Virus record (IMG/VR): IMGVR_UViG_3300029983_000009
Span: 64,001 to 128,000 of that record
Source: a virus
Lineage: Duplodnaviria; Heunggongvirae; Uroviricota; Caudoviricetes
Length of the DNA stretch: 64,000 bases
Direction: 5' to 3' (one strand)
Of this stretch, positions 37,509 to 47,481 are shown one piece after another (the first letter of the stretch is position 1; the number at the start of each line of letters is the position of its first letter). Under the pieces are notes generated by a model, which was given only the letters and a program-made list of their open reading frames with translations, was not told the origin of the DNA and did no database searches. Position numbers and translations under genes: made by a program.

Positions 37509-38270
37509 TTATATATTTTTTACTGATTTAAGGCTTAATACTTTAAAATATTTATAGTCAAGTTCATCATTTTCTACTGTAACAACCTCCATTTCAAGAA
37601 CTTTGTTTTTAATTCTTTTAGCCTTACCATTCATTAAAGGTAATCCAAAATTATATCCAGAATAATATTGTTCAGAATATTCATTGAAATGAAAATCAAA
37701 TGAAGCATCTGCATAATTTCCTTCACTGTTTAAAGAATGATTAAAATCATATGAAAAAATACCAGGTGTTTTATATTTATCATAAGTTTCACAAATAATC
37801 TTTGAAAGTTCCGCTTGTTTAGTTATTCTTTCAGTATACTGATTAAGTAATTCTATAGATGAAAATATCATATCATCATAAAAACCACATCCTAATTCAA
37901 CTAATCTATTTTTTGTTATAGTAAGACGTTCATCATACAAACCATTTTCATAGTACCAAATCAGATAAGATTGGTCTTTACACTCACTGATAAGTTGTCC
38001 CTGGTATTTACCAAAATGAAAACATTCAGCAGGGTATTCAAATTTTGGCTCTGTTGTCCAACTTGCACTTTTACCTTTTAATTCATCATCAATTACAACA
38101 TCAGGATAAAGTTCTTTAACTTTATCTAAATCAAAAGATATATTCTTAATGTAATTATATATCTGTCTGATACCATATTGATATGATTGATTATTAACTG
38201 TGCTATACAAAGGTTCTTCTGAATAACTCCAAAGAGTGTAAAATTTATTTGCAAATCCAATTAATTCCAT
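37509..38270 (-). CDS. hypothetical protein with FGKY (DUF3820-like) motif
   Basis: FHFGKYQGQLI....DQSYL.W; TACTTTTG on minus strand at 38299-38306. Confidence 0.75.
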   Translation of the reverse strand: MELIGFANKFYTLWSYSEEPLYSTVNNQSYQYGIRQIYNYIKNISFDLDKVKELYPDVVIDDELKGKSASWTTEPKFEYPAECFHFGKYQGQLISECKDQSYLIWYYENGLYDERLTITKNRLVELGCGFYDDMIFSSIELLNQYTERITKQAELSKIICETYDKYKTPGIFSYDFNHSLNSEGNYADASFDFHFNEYSEQYYSGYNFGLPLMNGKAKRIKNKVLEMEVVTVENDELDYKYFKVLSLKSVKNI

Positions 38271-38422
38271 ATTGTTTATATTTTAAATTAATGATATACA
38301 AAAGTACAACAAAAATCTGATATACAAAAATATATAAGAATTAATATCATTATATTGTAGTTAAATATTATTAAATATCAAACATAATAAATTAATAATT
38401 ATATAAAATAAAAATAAAAATC

Positions 38423-38626
38423 ATGGGATTCAACAAAAGATATATATCAAAAGATTCACTTAAAAATATTGCAAATAGTGGAGATTATTTAAGTTTTTTT
38501 AAATATTTTAAAAGTGATGTAGTATTATTTGATGATACATTCTCTTTTAATATTATGAAAGATTTGAAGAAATATAATATTACTGATAAAGATGAAATTA
38601 CAACAATAATGAATAAGTGCAAATGA
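38423..38626 (+). CDS. hypothetical protein
   Basis: MGFNKRYISK start; 67 aa. Confidence 0.7.
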   Translation: MGFNKRYISKDSLKNIANSGDYLSFFKYFKSDVVLFDDTFSFNIMKDLKKYNITDKDEITTIMNKCK

Positions 38627-38838
38627 AATATTTATGTAAAAGAACATATTCAAAAGAAATTATTTCTGGTGAATATTATAATAGTTATTTAACAAATAAT
38701 AAAGATTATGTTAAAATTGAAAAATTATTTTTTGTTATGAATACAAATAATCCATCAGAACCAAAAATATATAAATATTTTTATACTGTAAAAGAAATTA
38801 GAAAAATAAAATTAAAAAAATTGCTTGATATTAAATAA
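38623..38838 (+). CDS. hypothetical protein, RKxKL tail
   Basis: MKYLCK...IRKIKLKKL; paralog of 38874. Confidence 0.75.
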   Translation: MKYLCKRTYSKEIISGEYYNSYLTNNKDYVKIEKLFFVMNTNNPSEPKIYKYFYTVKEIRKIKLKKLLDIK

Positions 38839-38873
38839 TTTATTGTATCTTTGCCTCATATAAAAAATTCATA

Positions 38874-39098
38874 ATGAAATATCTATGTAAAAAGGCAAAA
38901 AATGATTATTTTATTGTAGGTAAATACTATAATACTGAAAATGATGATAACTATGTAAATGATGGATTTATTAAAATTAATGGACATATGTTTTATGATT
39001 TTCCTGAAATAAAAATGTCTAATATAAATGATTATTTTGATACAACAAAAGAAATTAGAAGAAAAAAATTAGATAAATTAAAATATACAAACATATGA
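38874..39098 (+). CDS. hypothetical protein, RKxKL tail
   Basis: MKYLCK...IRRKKLDKL; TATCTTTG at 38846. Confidence 0.75.
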   Translation: MKYLCKKAKNDYFIVGKYYNTENDDNYVNDGFIKINGHMFYDFPEIKMSNINDYFDTTKEIRRKKLDKLKYTNI

Positions 39099-39784
39099 AA
39101 GTAAGAATGTCAAGCAGTAATGAATATGATTCTAAGTATGATTGGAATTGTTTTTGTCAAGGAGGAGAATCTGGAATTGTTTTACCATCAGGTAGTTTTG
39201 ATAAAGTATTTTCTGGTGATCCTTTAAAAGAATTATCAGAAGGAATGTCAAGCAAGAAATGTTATGAAACAGCATTTTTTGAAGCATTTCCAAAAAATCC
39301 AGAATGCTTTATTAGAGGTGAAGGAAAAACAATGGAAGAATCTGAAGAAAATGCTTGGAAAAAATATCAAAAAATTTTAACTTGTAATCATGAAATGGAA
39401 CGTAGAAATAGAACTGATGGATATGCATACTGTAAACATTGTTCATATTCATCTACGGTATTTGAACCTTTGACAAAATGCTGTAAATGTGGTAAGCCTA
39501 CTTCATATACTACTGATTATAAGGATAATTATTATTGTAAAAAACATTCTTATACAAAACCAAAAAATCCAAATCCTTCTCATTGGGAAATGATTAGAAA
39601 AAGATTACCAAGAAAACGTAAGAAAATATTAAAAATATGTGCAAAAAAAATGTTTGAGTCAGAAGGACATTACAAAAATGTTATTTTTAGGTATTCAGTT
39701 GGAAAAATACTTAGCTGTGATGGATATAGACTAGATATATTATTTAGAAAATCTGAAATTGATTTCATAAAAAAATGGAAATAA
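39095..39784 (+). CDS. hypothetical Cys-rich protein
   Basis: CNH, CKHC, CCKCGK, CKKH; FFEAFP motif. Confidence 0.8.
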   Translation: MKVRMSSSNEYDSKYDWNCFCQGGESGIVLPSGSFDKVFSGDPLKELSEGMSSKKCYETAFFEAFPKNPECFIRGEGKTMEESEENAWKKYQKILTCNHEMERRNRTDGYAYCKHCSYSSTVFEPLTKCCKCGKPTSYTTDYKDNYYCKKHSYTKPKNPNPSHWEMIRKRLPRKRKKILKICAKKMFESEGHYKNVIFRYSVGKILSCDGYRLDILFRKSEIDFIKKWK

Positions 39785-39786
39785 AT

Positions 39787-39814
39787 AAAAGCATCAATTT
39801 AATTGATGCTTTTT
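39787..39814. terminator. bidirectional intrinsic terminator
   Basis: AAAAGCATCAA..TTGATGCTTTT. Confidence 0.8.
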
Positions 39815-40323
39815 TATAAGTTAAATTTTGAACCAATTATATACATAGGCAATTTTTCAGTTATATCATCATATAAAATTTTAAAAGAATCAATTATATC
39901 TCCAATTGTTTCAGATTTTTTTATGACATCTTCTATTAGAGGCAAATAAAATTCACTTAACTCAGAATATACTTTATCTGGTAATTTAGAAACTTCAACT
40001 TTTGATGCATCTCCTATAAATCCATTAATTACAGATGAATGATATTTAAGCTTATTTTTAAAATATTGTGGATCTAATGATAGCATAGCAAAAGATTTTT
40101 CATAACCAGTTAATTTAATTCTTCTTAACTCTGTATCATTTAAAAAAATTGATTTTTCTCTTATTTGATCTATCATACCATAAATAGGAGAACATGATCT
40201 ATAATTTGTGTAATATGTCATATTATCATTTTTATTATTTATTATAATTGTAAAATCCTTATTTTTGTATAATATAGTATCTTCTTTTTCTTTACTCTTT
40301 TCAAAAGTTTTTAAATATTTCAT
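39814..40323 (-). CDS. cassette-type protein, unknown payload
   Basis: MKYLKTFE...SKFNL. Confidence 0.85.
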   Translation of the reverse strand: MKYLKTFEKSKEKEDTILYKNKDFTIIINNKNDNMTYYTNYRSCSPIYGMIDQIREKSIFLNDTELRRIKLTGYEKSFAMLSLDPQYFKNKLKYHSSVINGFIGDASKVEVSKLPDKVYSELSEFYLPLIEDVIKKSETIGDIIDSFKILYDDITEKLPMYIIGSKFNL

Positions 40324-40325
40324 AT

Positions 40326-40538
40326 TTATAATAATTTTTTAGATTGACTAGCTGTGATAAATAATATATAATCACCTGCAGTTGTTGATATATTATAAAC
40401 AATCATTCCATCCTTTATAGCAGATAATATATCAAGATATTCATCTATTTGATCTAAATCTAATGTGTTTGATTCAGAAAGTTTTTCTAATACTACTTCT
40501 TTAGTAATTTGGCTTAAATCTAATACTTTAACTTTCAT
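40326..40538 (-). CDS. hypothetical protein
   Basis: 70-aa ORF; TAATATATA upstream near 40605. Confidence 0.65.
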   Translation of the reverse strand: MKVKVLDLSQITKEVVLEKLSESNTLDLDQIDEYLDILSAIKDGMIVYNISTTAGDYILFITASQSKKLL

Positions 40539-40628
40539 AATTATATCATTATTTATTATATCAATAATTAATTATTGATAATCAGTTGATACGACTGTTA
40601 TTATATATTAAATTTTAAATTTTACTTT

Positions 40629-40970
40629 TTATAAATTAAATTTATCAGCATTTATCTCAAAATCCTGAAGTTTAATTCTTCCCATAAATTTTGAAATGTC
40701 TCTATTATCCTTTTCTGTTTGTAATCTCCATTGAGTCATAATATCATAGTCATCACGTAACCTATCATATAGTTTAACATCTTCTTTATATACATACACA
40801 ATGTGATCTTCATCTACATATGTATCATTCCATTCGTCAATCAAATCAGTTGGTACTCCTATTTTTTTTAACGATAAATTAAAATATGGTCTTTTTAATA
40901 TAACTTCCCAATACATATTTTTATCCTCTTCCCAAGAGTTGTATTTTTCAAATATTTTTATGTGTTTCAT
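40629..40970 (-). CDS. cassette protein, YF.L.L.KIG family
   Basis: MKHIKIFE...YFNLSLKKIGV...DKFNL; related to 5823/6125. Confidence 0.85.
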   Translation of the reverse strand: MKHIKIFEKYNSWEEDKNMYWEVILKRPYFNLSLKKIGVPTDLIDEWNDTYVDEDHIVYVYKEDVKLYDRLRDDYDIMTQWRLQTEKDNRDISKFMGRIKLQDFEINADKFNL

Positions 40971-41302
40971 AAGTTAAATTTTCTTGCATTAATTTTATAT
41001 TCTAAATCTATTTTATTTTCTGAATAATCAACAATACTGCTATATAAAAAATCTTTGAATCCTTTATTTTCATCAAATCCATAATTATTATATCCAAACA
41101 AGCTTGCTATTTCCATTGGAATATTTTCATATTCAACAGTCAATGATGCATAATTTCTATTGTTTTCTATTTTTAAAATTTTACCAATAGTATTATCAAT
41201 AAATTCATTCAGTTCAGGATTCATCATTGATGATTTCATTAATACATAATAACCTTCTTTTGGATCATATTTTTTATCTTCAAATTTTTTGATATATTTC
41301 AT
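40967..41302 (-). CDS. cassette protein, GDYV/SH3-like
   Basis: MKYIKKFE...EGYYVL...NTIGKI...RKFNL. Confidence 0.85.
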   Translation of the reverse strand: MKYIKKFEDKKYDPKEGYYVLMKSSMMNPELNEFIDNTIGKILKIENNRNYASLTVEYENIPMEIASLFGYNNYGFDENKGFKDFLYSSIVDYSENKIDLEYKINARKFNL

Positions 41303-41625
41303 ATGTTAAATTTTTTTGCTTCAATTTTAAATTTTAAATGTTCTAAATCTTTATCAAATTCCACTATACTCTCAATATTAAATCTTTTAATATCATCATC
41401 AAAAAAATTTATTATATTTTTTGGTATGTTTTCATATTTTATATTAAAATAACAGCTATTTCTAATATGATCTAAACTATGAACAATTCCAATAGTATTA
41501 TTTATAAAGTTTTTCAAATTATTAATAGAAGTATTGAAGTCATTTTTACTGTTATATTTTGCTAATATATAATCTCCTACTTCTGGATTATCTTTAATTG
41601 ATTCAAAATTCTTTATATATTTCAT
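41299..41625 (-). CDS. cassette protein, GDYV/SH3-like
   Basis: MKYIKNFE...VGDYIL...KKFNI. Confidence 0.85.
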   Translation of the reverse strand: MKYIKNFESIKDNPEVGDYILAKYNSKNDFNTSINNLKNFINNTIGIVHSLDHIRNSCYFNIKYENIPKNIINFFDDDIKRFNIESIVEFDKDLEHLKFKIEAKKFNI

Positions 41626-41933
41626 AAGTTAAATTTGTTTGATTCTATTCTCATTTTTAATTCTTCTATTGTACTACCATAGGACACTAATAAATCAAGA
41701 TCAAATGTTCTTGTACCATCATGAAAAAACAAATCTATGTCTCCTGGTATATTTTCATATCTTACTATAATTTTTTGTTTAACAGATAGTTTATCAACAT
41801 AAGAATTAATAAATATTCCATAATTATTTGTTATGAATTCTACAACTTTAGGAATTCCATAACTATTCATTAATACATAATCTCCAACATCTGGTAAATC
41901 TATTTTTTTTTCAAATTTCTTTATATATTTCAT
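41622..41933 (-). CDS. cassette protein, GDYV/SH3-like
   Basis: MKYIKKFE...VGDYVL...NKFNL. Confidence 0.85.
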   Translation of the reverse strand: MKYIKKFEKKIDLPDVGDYVLMNSYGIPKVVEFITNNYGIFINSYVDKLSVKQKIIVRYENIPGDIDLFFHDGTRTFDLDLLVSYGSTIEELKMRIESNKFNL

Positions 41934-42184
41934 ATGTTAAATTTATTTGCAGCTAAAGATAATGTAAATTCTTCAATTTCTAAATCAGTTAGATATCTCA
42001 TAATTTGTTCTTTCACAATAGTTACAATGTGTCTATCATTTTGAACTAAATAAACTGAGTCATCCTTTTTAATTATTTTAGCATTGAATGTATAAAAATT
42101 CTGTCTATATCTTATATATTCATCTACCTTGCAATCATTTGGGTTAAATAATATTTTTTTTTCAAATTTCTTTATATATTTCAT
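41930..42184 (-). CDS. cassette protein, SH3-like
   Basis: MKYIKKFE...NKFNI. Confidence 0.85.
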   Translation of the reverse strand: MKYIKKFEKKILFNPNDCKVDEYIRYRQNFYTFNAKIIKKDDSVYLVQNDRHIVTIVKEQIMRYLTDLEIEEFTLSLAANKFNI

Positions 42185-42522
42185 ATGTTAAATTTATTTG
42201 TTCTTATATCAATTTGTATGTCTTCCTTGTTTTCTGAAAAATTATAAATCATAAAAGAAGGAAATGTTATTTTATATGATTTGTCTTTTTTATCTATTGT
42301 AAATAAATCAACTTCTTCGTCTGGGGGTACATCATAATACCTAATTTTAATGTTATCATAAAATTTAGTCTTTTTATCATCAGAATAAACTGGTGTTATA
42401 TTAATAATTTTTCCTATTGAATTATTAATATAAAGAGTGAAAGCTTCATCATTAGCATTTGATATACACAAAACATAATCACCAACTTTTGGTTCCCCTT
42501 TATATTTTTTTATGTATTTCAT
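42181..42522 (-). CDS. cassette protein, GDYV/SH3-like
   Basis: MKYIKKY...VGDYVL...NKFNI. Confidence 0.85.
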   Translation of the reverse strand: MKYIKKYKGEPKVGDYVLCISNANDEAFTLYINNSIGKIINITPVYSDDKKTKFYDNIKIRYYDVPPDEEVDLFTIDKKDKSYKITFPSFMIYNFSENKEDIQIDIRTNKFNI

Positions 42523-43013
42523 AAGTTAAATTTATCTATATTATTATATAATCCAGGCGTACTATAAAGTTTTTTAAAAAAATTTGGTTTATAAAATTTT
42601 TCCTTTTTACAATCATAAACAAAAACAACTTTTACTTGTTTACAATCTTTTAAAAATACATGAAGATTACCAAATTCTGCTGATTCACCATCATAATTAA
42701 CTCCTAATACAAAATCTGGACCTTCACTTGCATAATCAAATTCATTGACTGCATTAACACTATTTTTTATTGATTCTATTGTTCCATCAAACCATTCACA
42801 AGCATCTTCAGCTACCTCTTCATAATCTCTGTCTGTTGCGCCATCACTAGGTATTCCAAATGCATATTCTAATACTTGAGTATTTAATGGAATTGGATCA
42901 GTAGATGGTAACGGATTACCATTACAATAACTAAATGCGACTTCTGATGTAACTTCTAAATAAAAATCTGTATCAGTATTATTATTCATTTCAAATTTTT
43001 TTATATATTTCAT
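42519..43013 (-). CDS. cassette protein, acidic unknown payload
   Basis: MKYIKKFE...DKFNL. Confidence 0.85.
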   Translation of the reverse strand: MKYIKKFEMNNNTDTDFYLEVTSEVAFSYCNGNPLPSTDPIPLNTQVLEYAFGIPSDGATDRDYEEVAEDACEWFDGTIESIKNSVNAVNEFDYASEGPDFVLGVNYDGESAEFGNLHVFLKDCKQVKVVFVYDCKKEKFYKPNFFKKLYSTPGLYNNIDKFNL

Positions 43014-43498
43014 AAGTTAAATTTAATTGCTTGATTTACTTTTTCTGGATCTTTTAATATTCTATATAATTTTAACCAATTATTTATTTCTTCTTCTTCG
43101 TCGTCATCATATCTCCATTCATTTGGTAATGTTGGATCATGAGCTATTTCTTCATCATCATACAATATTTGAAAATCTTCTTCTATTAATACATTAAGTT
43201 CTTCTTTTGTGACTCTTATTATATTTCTGCTACCTAATGCATATATTTTTATCATACTTCTATATGACTTTAACCAATTTTTTATATCATCTTCTTCATC
43301 AGAATCATATCTCCATTCATCTGGATGGTTTGAATCATATCCTATTTCTTCATCATCATACAGAATTGTAAATTCTGATTCTATTAATTTGTCAAGTTCT
43401 TCTTGAGTAACTTTTATAATTTTAGAATCATTATCCAAATTAATAATATTAATCATATGTAATTTCTTATTCGATTCAAATGTCTTTATGTATTTCAT
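43010..43498 (-). CDS. cassette protein with internal tandem duplication
   Basis: II.VT.EEL..LIE..F.ILYDDEEI....P.EWRYD.DEE..I.NWLK.YR twice. Confidence 0.88.
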   Translation of the reverse strand: MKYIKTFESNKKLHMINIINLDNDSKIIKVTQEELDKLIESEFTILYDDEEIGYDSNHPDEWRYDSDEEDDIKNWLKSYRSMIKIYALGSRNIIRVTKEELNVLIEEDFQILYDDEEIAHDPTLPNEWRYDDDEEEEINNWLKLYRILKDPEKVNQAIKFNL

Positions 43499-43809
43499 AT
43501 ATTAAATTTATTTGTATTATTATTAAGTTCTATCCTTTTTTCCAAATCTTCAATTTTTACTTCAGCTCCAGATTCATCAACTAATTTATATGTATATTTG
43601 AATAATCCTTTATCATAAAGATAATGCTCAATAGTATAATTTATTAATGATTCTTTTTCATTTACACTTGATGAATGTAATTCATTGTTTAAATAATAGT
43701 CATCCGCAATCAATTCAATTAAATTTATTTGACGTTTATCTTCTGGTATAGTAACTATTGCATATATTCCTATATTATTTGAATTTTCATTGAATTTTTT
43801 TATTTCCAT
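43495..43809 (-). CDS. cassette protein (array head)
   Basis: MEIKKFNE...NKFNI. Confidence 0.85.
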   Translation of the reverse strand: MEIKKFNENSNNIGIYAIVTIPEDKRQINLIELIADDYYLNNELHSSSVNEKESLINYTIEHYLYDKGLFKYTYKLVDESGAEVKIEDLEKRIELNNNTNKFNI

Positions 43810-43904
43810 ACTAAAAAATTAATTTCAACTATATATAAAATCTATAAGGTATTTTTTTAACTTGATTAAAATAAATTAATATTAATTTATTAATATATAA
43901 ATAT

Positions 43905-44429
43905 ATGAAACATATCAAATTATACGAAGAATTAAAAATTAATGAAAATCAATATCATACTTATGATTTATTAAATCTTATAAGACAAAAAGATTTAAAT
44001 CAGAAAGGCCAAAATGAAATGATTAATATGATAAAATCTGGACAAATAGATTTAGATTTACCAAATCAATTAAATGGAAAACCTGCATTGCATTTCGCTA
44101 TTATAAATAGATATGAAAATGTGTTTGATGAATTAATAAAATCAGGAGCAAATTTAGATATTCAAGATGAAAATGGAACAACAGCTTTGATATTATCATC
44201 TATGGGACTTACTGGTTCAAGCATTAATTATTTCGTATCAATAATTCAAAAATTAATAAAAGCAGGTTCAGATTGGAACATTAAACAAAATTATGGTAAT
44301 AATATAATTCGTGATTTTATTTATTATTTAAATAAAAATGAAGAAATTAAAAAATTTATATTAAAGAAATATCCTAATCAATATGAAATATATTTAACTA
44401 AAAAAAACTCAGATAAATTTAACATATGA
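43905..44429 (+). CDS. cassette protein (array 6), ankyrin repeats
   Basis: GKPALHFAI, GANLDIQDENGTTALILS; DKFNI. Confidence 0.88.
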   Translation: MKHIKLYEELKINENQYHTYDLLNLIRQKDLNQKGQNEMINMIKSGQIDLDLPNQLNGKPALHFAIINRYENVFDELIKSGANLDIQDENGTTALILSSMGLTGSSINYFVSIIQKLIKAGSDWNIKQNYGNNIIRDFIYYLNKNEEIKKFILKKYPNQYEIYLTKKNSDKFNI

Positions 44430-44923
44430 AACATATAAAGAATTTTGAGCAGAATTCTAATCAACCAGATTTAAATGATCAATTAATTGCTGCTTGCTTA
44501 ACTAATGACTTTGAAAAAGTTAAAATCTTAGTTAATAAAGGCGCTGATGTGAATTTTTTTAATAAAGATGGATATACTCCTTTAATATATTCTATTAATA
44601 AAGAATCTGATATAAAAATTGTTAATTTTTTGATTAATAACGGAGCTGATGTAAATTTTCAAGATAATACTACTCAAGGTTGGACTCCATTATTATTATC
44701 AGGGTTCTATTCTTCCATTATTGAATTGAATGATGTTGAATATTATAATATTTTGAAATTGTTAATAGACTCAAATGCAAATTGGAATATTAAAGGCAGA
44801 ACAGTTAAAATTACATTTTTTGATTATTTAAAACCAGAAATTAAGAAAAAAATAATGAGAGATTATCCAGATAAATATAAAGATTATTTATTGTGTCAAA
44901 CTGCTGATAAATTTAACTTATAA
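44426..44923 (+). CDS. cassette protein (array 6), ankyrin repeats
   Basis: GADVNFFNKDGYTPLIYS, GADVNFQD..GWTPLL; DKFNL. Confidence 0.9.
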   Translation: MKHIKNFEQNSNQPDLNDQLIAACLTNDFEKVKILVNKGADVNFFNKDGYTPLIYSINKESDIKIVNFLINNGADVNFQDNTTQGWTPLLLSGFYSSIIELNDVEYYNILKLLIDSNANWNIKGRTVKITFFDYLKPEIKKKIMRDYPDKYKDYLLCQTADKFNL

Positions 44924-44928
44924 AGAAT

Positions 44929-45630
44929 TTATATATTATCTCTTTTAATATCTCTATTAATTTTACTGCATAACGGCTGCAAGTTTGTATAATGATTCAA
45001 TTTTATTATCTCATCTTCTGTTTTTGCTTTTGATGCTGGTATTATATGATCAATATCCCATCCAAAATTTAATTCTCCATTATATTTTCCATAATTGTCA
45101 TAATTCATCCAAGGCTCAAATTTCGATTCTAAATATATTTTAAATTCTAAATATGAACATCCTAATATTTTGTCAGTTTTAATAGTCTTTTTAAATCCCT
45201 TATTTTTAATTGTTCTTCTAATTGAACATCTTACACTTTCACGAATTTTAAATAATGGATCTTCTAATTTTTTTTTATATCTAATCTTTCTTTTTGGTTT
45301 GTCAACTTCTCTTAAATGCTTTTTATTTTTTTTAACATAATCACTGGTTTGCTTGGCTATTTTTTCTGAATTTAATTCCCTCCATTTAGCTCTATATTCT
45401 TTTCTTTCAGGTGTTGATTCATACCCCTTATTATTTTTTCTCCATTCTTTGCAATTATCATTTCTTTTTTGACTATCAGTATTAGCCCTATGTTCTTTAC
45501 TAATTTTATTAGAACATATTTTACATTTATTTGTACAACCAAGCGGAGCACCTTTCTTCTTGTGAAATTCAGTTATATTTTTAATTTCTTCACAAATTCC
45601 ACATTTTTTGTGTGATTCATCTATTATCAT
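44929..45630 (-). CDS. HNH endonuclease (possible homing endonuclease)
   Basis: N-terminal CxxC pairs; WDIDHIIP...NHYTNLQPLC..N. Confidence 0.85.
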   Translation of the reverse strand: MIIDESHKKCGICEEIKNITEFHKKKGAPLGCTNKCKICSNKISKEHRANTDSQKRNDNCKEWRKNNKGYESTPERKEYRAKWRELNSEKIAKQTSDYVKKNKKHLREVDKPKRKIRYKKKLEDPLFKIRESVRCSIRRTIKNKGFKKTIKTDKILGCSYLEFKIYLESKFEPWMNYDNYGKYNGELNFGWDIDHIIPASKAKTEDEIIKLNHYTNLQPLCSKINRDIKRDNI

Positions 45631-45703
45631 ATTTTATTATTATTTTTTACATAATTATATATAAAAATTAATAGATTTTATTCAATAATAAAAAATATGT
45701 GAC

Positions 45704-45737
45704 AAAAAAAGCTCTCAATAAAATTGAGAGCTTTTTT
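45704..45737 (-). terminator. intrinsic terminator
   Basis: AAAAAAGCTCTCAAT-aaa-ATTGAGAGCTTTTTT. Confidence 0.8.
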
Positions 45738-45757
45738 AAAATCTGTAAGAATATATG

Positions 45758-45958
45758 TTAACCTATAACTTCTACGTTTGAACATGCCAAACCTTTTTTA
45801 CCTTCAACTAAATCAAAACTCACTTCATCATTTTCATAGATTTTATCTACCAAAGATGTAGCGTGTACAAAATATTCTTTACCTGTTTCTTTTTCAGAGA
45901 CGAAACCAAATCCTTTTTCCGAATTATAAAATTTTACGGAACCCTTTAACTTACTCAT
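45758..45958 (-). CDS. cold-shock domain protein
   Basis: GSVKFYN.EKGFGF (RNP1), YFVH (RNP2), V.FDLVEGKKG. Confidence 0.95.
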   Translation of the reverse strand: MSKLKGSVKFYNSEKGFGFVSEKETGKEYFVHATSLVDKIYENDEVSFDLVEGKKGLACSNVEVIG

Positions 45959-46028
45959 TATCAACGTTATTTTTATTATTGTGGATAAATTTCCACATCT
46001 TATATAGTATGAAAAAACAATAAGTTTA

Positions 46029-46322
46029 TTATTTTTTTAATGTACCATCAATATTTATATATTTAAGAGTATAATTTTTTACTTCTTCAAATGGTAATCC
46101 AAGTAATTGTTCAGCATCATATTCTTTTTTATTATCATATTTTATGACAGGTTCTCCGTTAAAATTGAAAATATCACTACAAAGTATAACACCATATTCA
46201 TTATATCTTTTAACTATCTTACCAACATGTTCTGACGCAATTCCTTTGTATAATGGTTGTCCATTATTTTTATGAATAGCTTTCTCTTCTGATGTCCATT
46301 GTTTTTTATTATCAAATTTCAT
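46029..46322 (-). CDS. hypothetical protein
   Basis: 97-aa ORF. Confidence 0.75.
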   Translation of the reverse strand: MKFDNKKQWTSEEKAIHKNNGQPLYKGIASEHVGKIVKRYNEYGVILCSDIFNFNGEPVIKYDNKKEYDAEQLLGLPFEEVKNYTLKYINIDGTLKK

Positions 46323-46675
46323 AGGATAGTTATTTTATTCAATTCATTCAATTTAAACTTTCTTTCTAACTTTATAGGAATTTCATACTTAAATTCATAT
46401 CCTATACTTCTCAAATAGTCAATTGCTATTAATGGACAAATTTTTTCATAATTCATTCCACCCCAATTTCCATCATTTCTAGATAATGAAATAGTACCAT
46501 TATAATCTATTGCAATATATGAATCATAATTGCTATTGTTTATTGTTGATGTAGTTTCAATTTGAACTGCTAATCCATGAGTCCAACTACCAGCCATATA
46601 ACTTAGATATGGCTCACCATATATTTCACATATTATTTTAACTTCTTCTTCAGTGATATCTTTTAAATCTTTCAT
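46319..46675 (-). CDS. hypothetical protein, RKxKL tail
   Basis: Ends LERKFKLNELNKITIL. Confidence 0.75.
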   Translation of the reverse strand: MKDLKDITEEEVKIICEIYGEPYLSYMAGSWTHGLAVQIETTSTINNSNYDSYIAIDYNGTISLSRNDGNWGGMNYEKICPLIAIDYLRSIGYEFKYEIPIKLERKFKLNELNKITIL

Positions 46676-46686
46676 TTTTAAGATTT

Positions 46687-46983
46687 TTATAGTTTTAATT
46701 TTAATAGTGCTGTCATTTTTTCAGAATAAAATCTTCTCCACCAGATATCAGTTCTATTTTCCATGACTAATGAATAATCAACTAATGAATCTAAATTTAG
46801 TTTTAATAAATCATCATTAGATAGAATATAATAAAAATTCTCAATTATAGTTTCTTCTGTGCAATTTTTATGTATTTCATAAGATAAACCTTGCCTTGTT
46901 GTTTTTATCTGTATAATATTAAATCCAAGTTCTAAAACTACACTTTTCCAATCAATGTCTGTGTCAATAAAATAATTTTCCAT
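46687..46983 (-). CDS. hypothetical protein
   Basis: 98-aa ORF. Confidence 0.7.
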   Translation of the reverse strand: MENYFIDTDIDWKSVVLELGFNIIQIKTTRQGLSYEIHKNCTEETIIENFYYILSNDDLLKLNLDSLVDYSLVMENRTDIWWRRFYSEKMTALLKLKL

Positions 46984-47017
46984 AATATATTTTATGATAT
47001 TTTTAACTATTTAGCTT

Positions 47018-47206
47018 TTAAGATTTTAATTTTTTGTTTCTTATTTTTTTATTTATAACTGCTAAAATTAAAGCTGATATAATGGCAGATATTAAAACGA
47101 ATATCCACCATTCAAATGATACATATTCTATTTTTAGCCAAATTGCGACTTGTCCTATAATAAGTCCAATAATAAAACTTATAATGTATGTTTTGTAATT
47201 TTCCAT
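47018..47206 (-). CDS. small membrane protein (2 TM)
   Basis: Hydrophobic helices, basic tail. Confidence 0.65.
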   Translation of the reverse strand: MENYKTYIISFIIGLIIGQVAIWLKIEYVSFEWWIFVLISAIISALILAVINKKIRNKKLKS

Positions 47207-47475
47207 AATTTTTTTGTTTTTGTTTCCATTTCTATCAATTTTTTGTAAATCTCATGATATTCTTCGTCCGAAATTTTATCAACTTTACTTATTTCATTTT
47301 TTAAATGAATATCATCCAATTCAGACTTTAATGAATCAAGTTCAATTTGAGATTTCTCATAATTTTTCAATCTTAATTGAATAGAATCATATTCTTCTTG
47401 TTTTTTTAAAAGTCTTTTTTGATGATATCCAAGTGGTATAATCATATTATCAGGTGTAATTTTTTCTTTATACAT
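47179..47475 (-). CDS. hypothetical coiled-coil protein
   Basis: 98-aa ORF. Confidence 0.7.
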   Translation of the reverse strand: MYKEKITPDNMIIPLGYHQKRLLKKQEEYDSIQLRLKNYEKSQIELDSLKSELDDIHLKNEISKVDKISDEEYHEIYKKLIEMETKTKKLWKITKHTL

Positions 47476-47481
47476 AATTTT

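Larger units (their letters stand above)
40629..43809 (-). repeat. cassette array 5: 9 genes
   Basis: Eight ATGA junctions. Confidence 0.9.
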
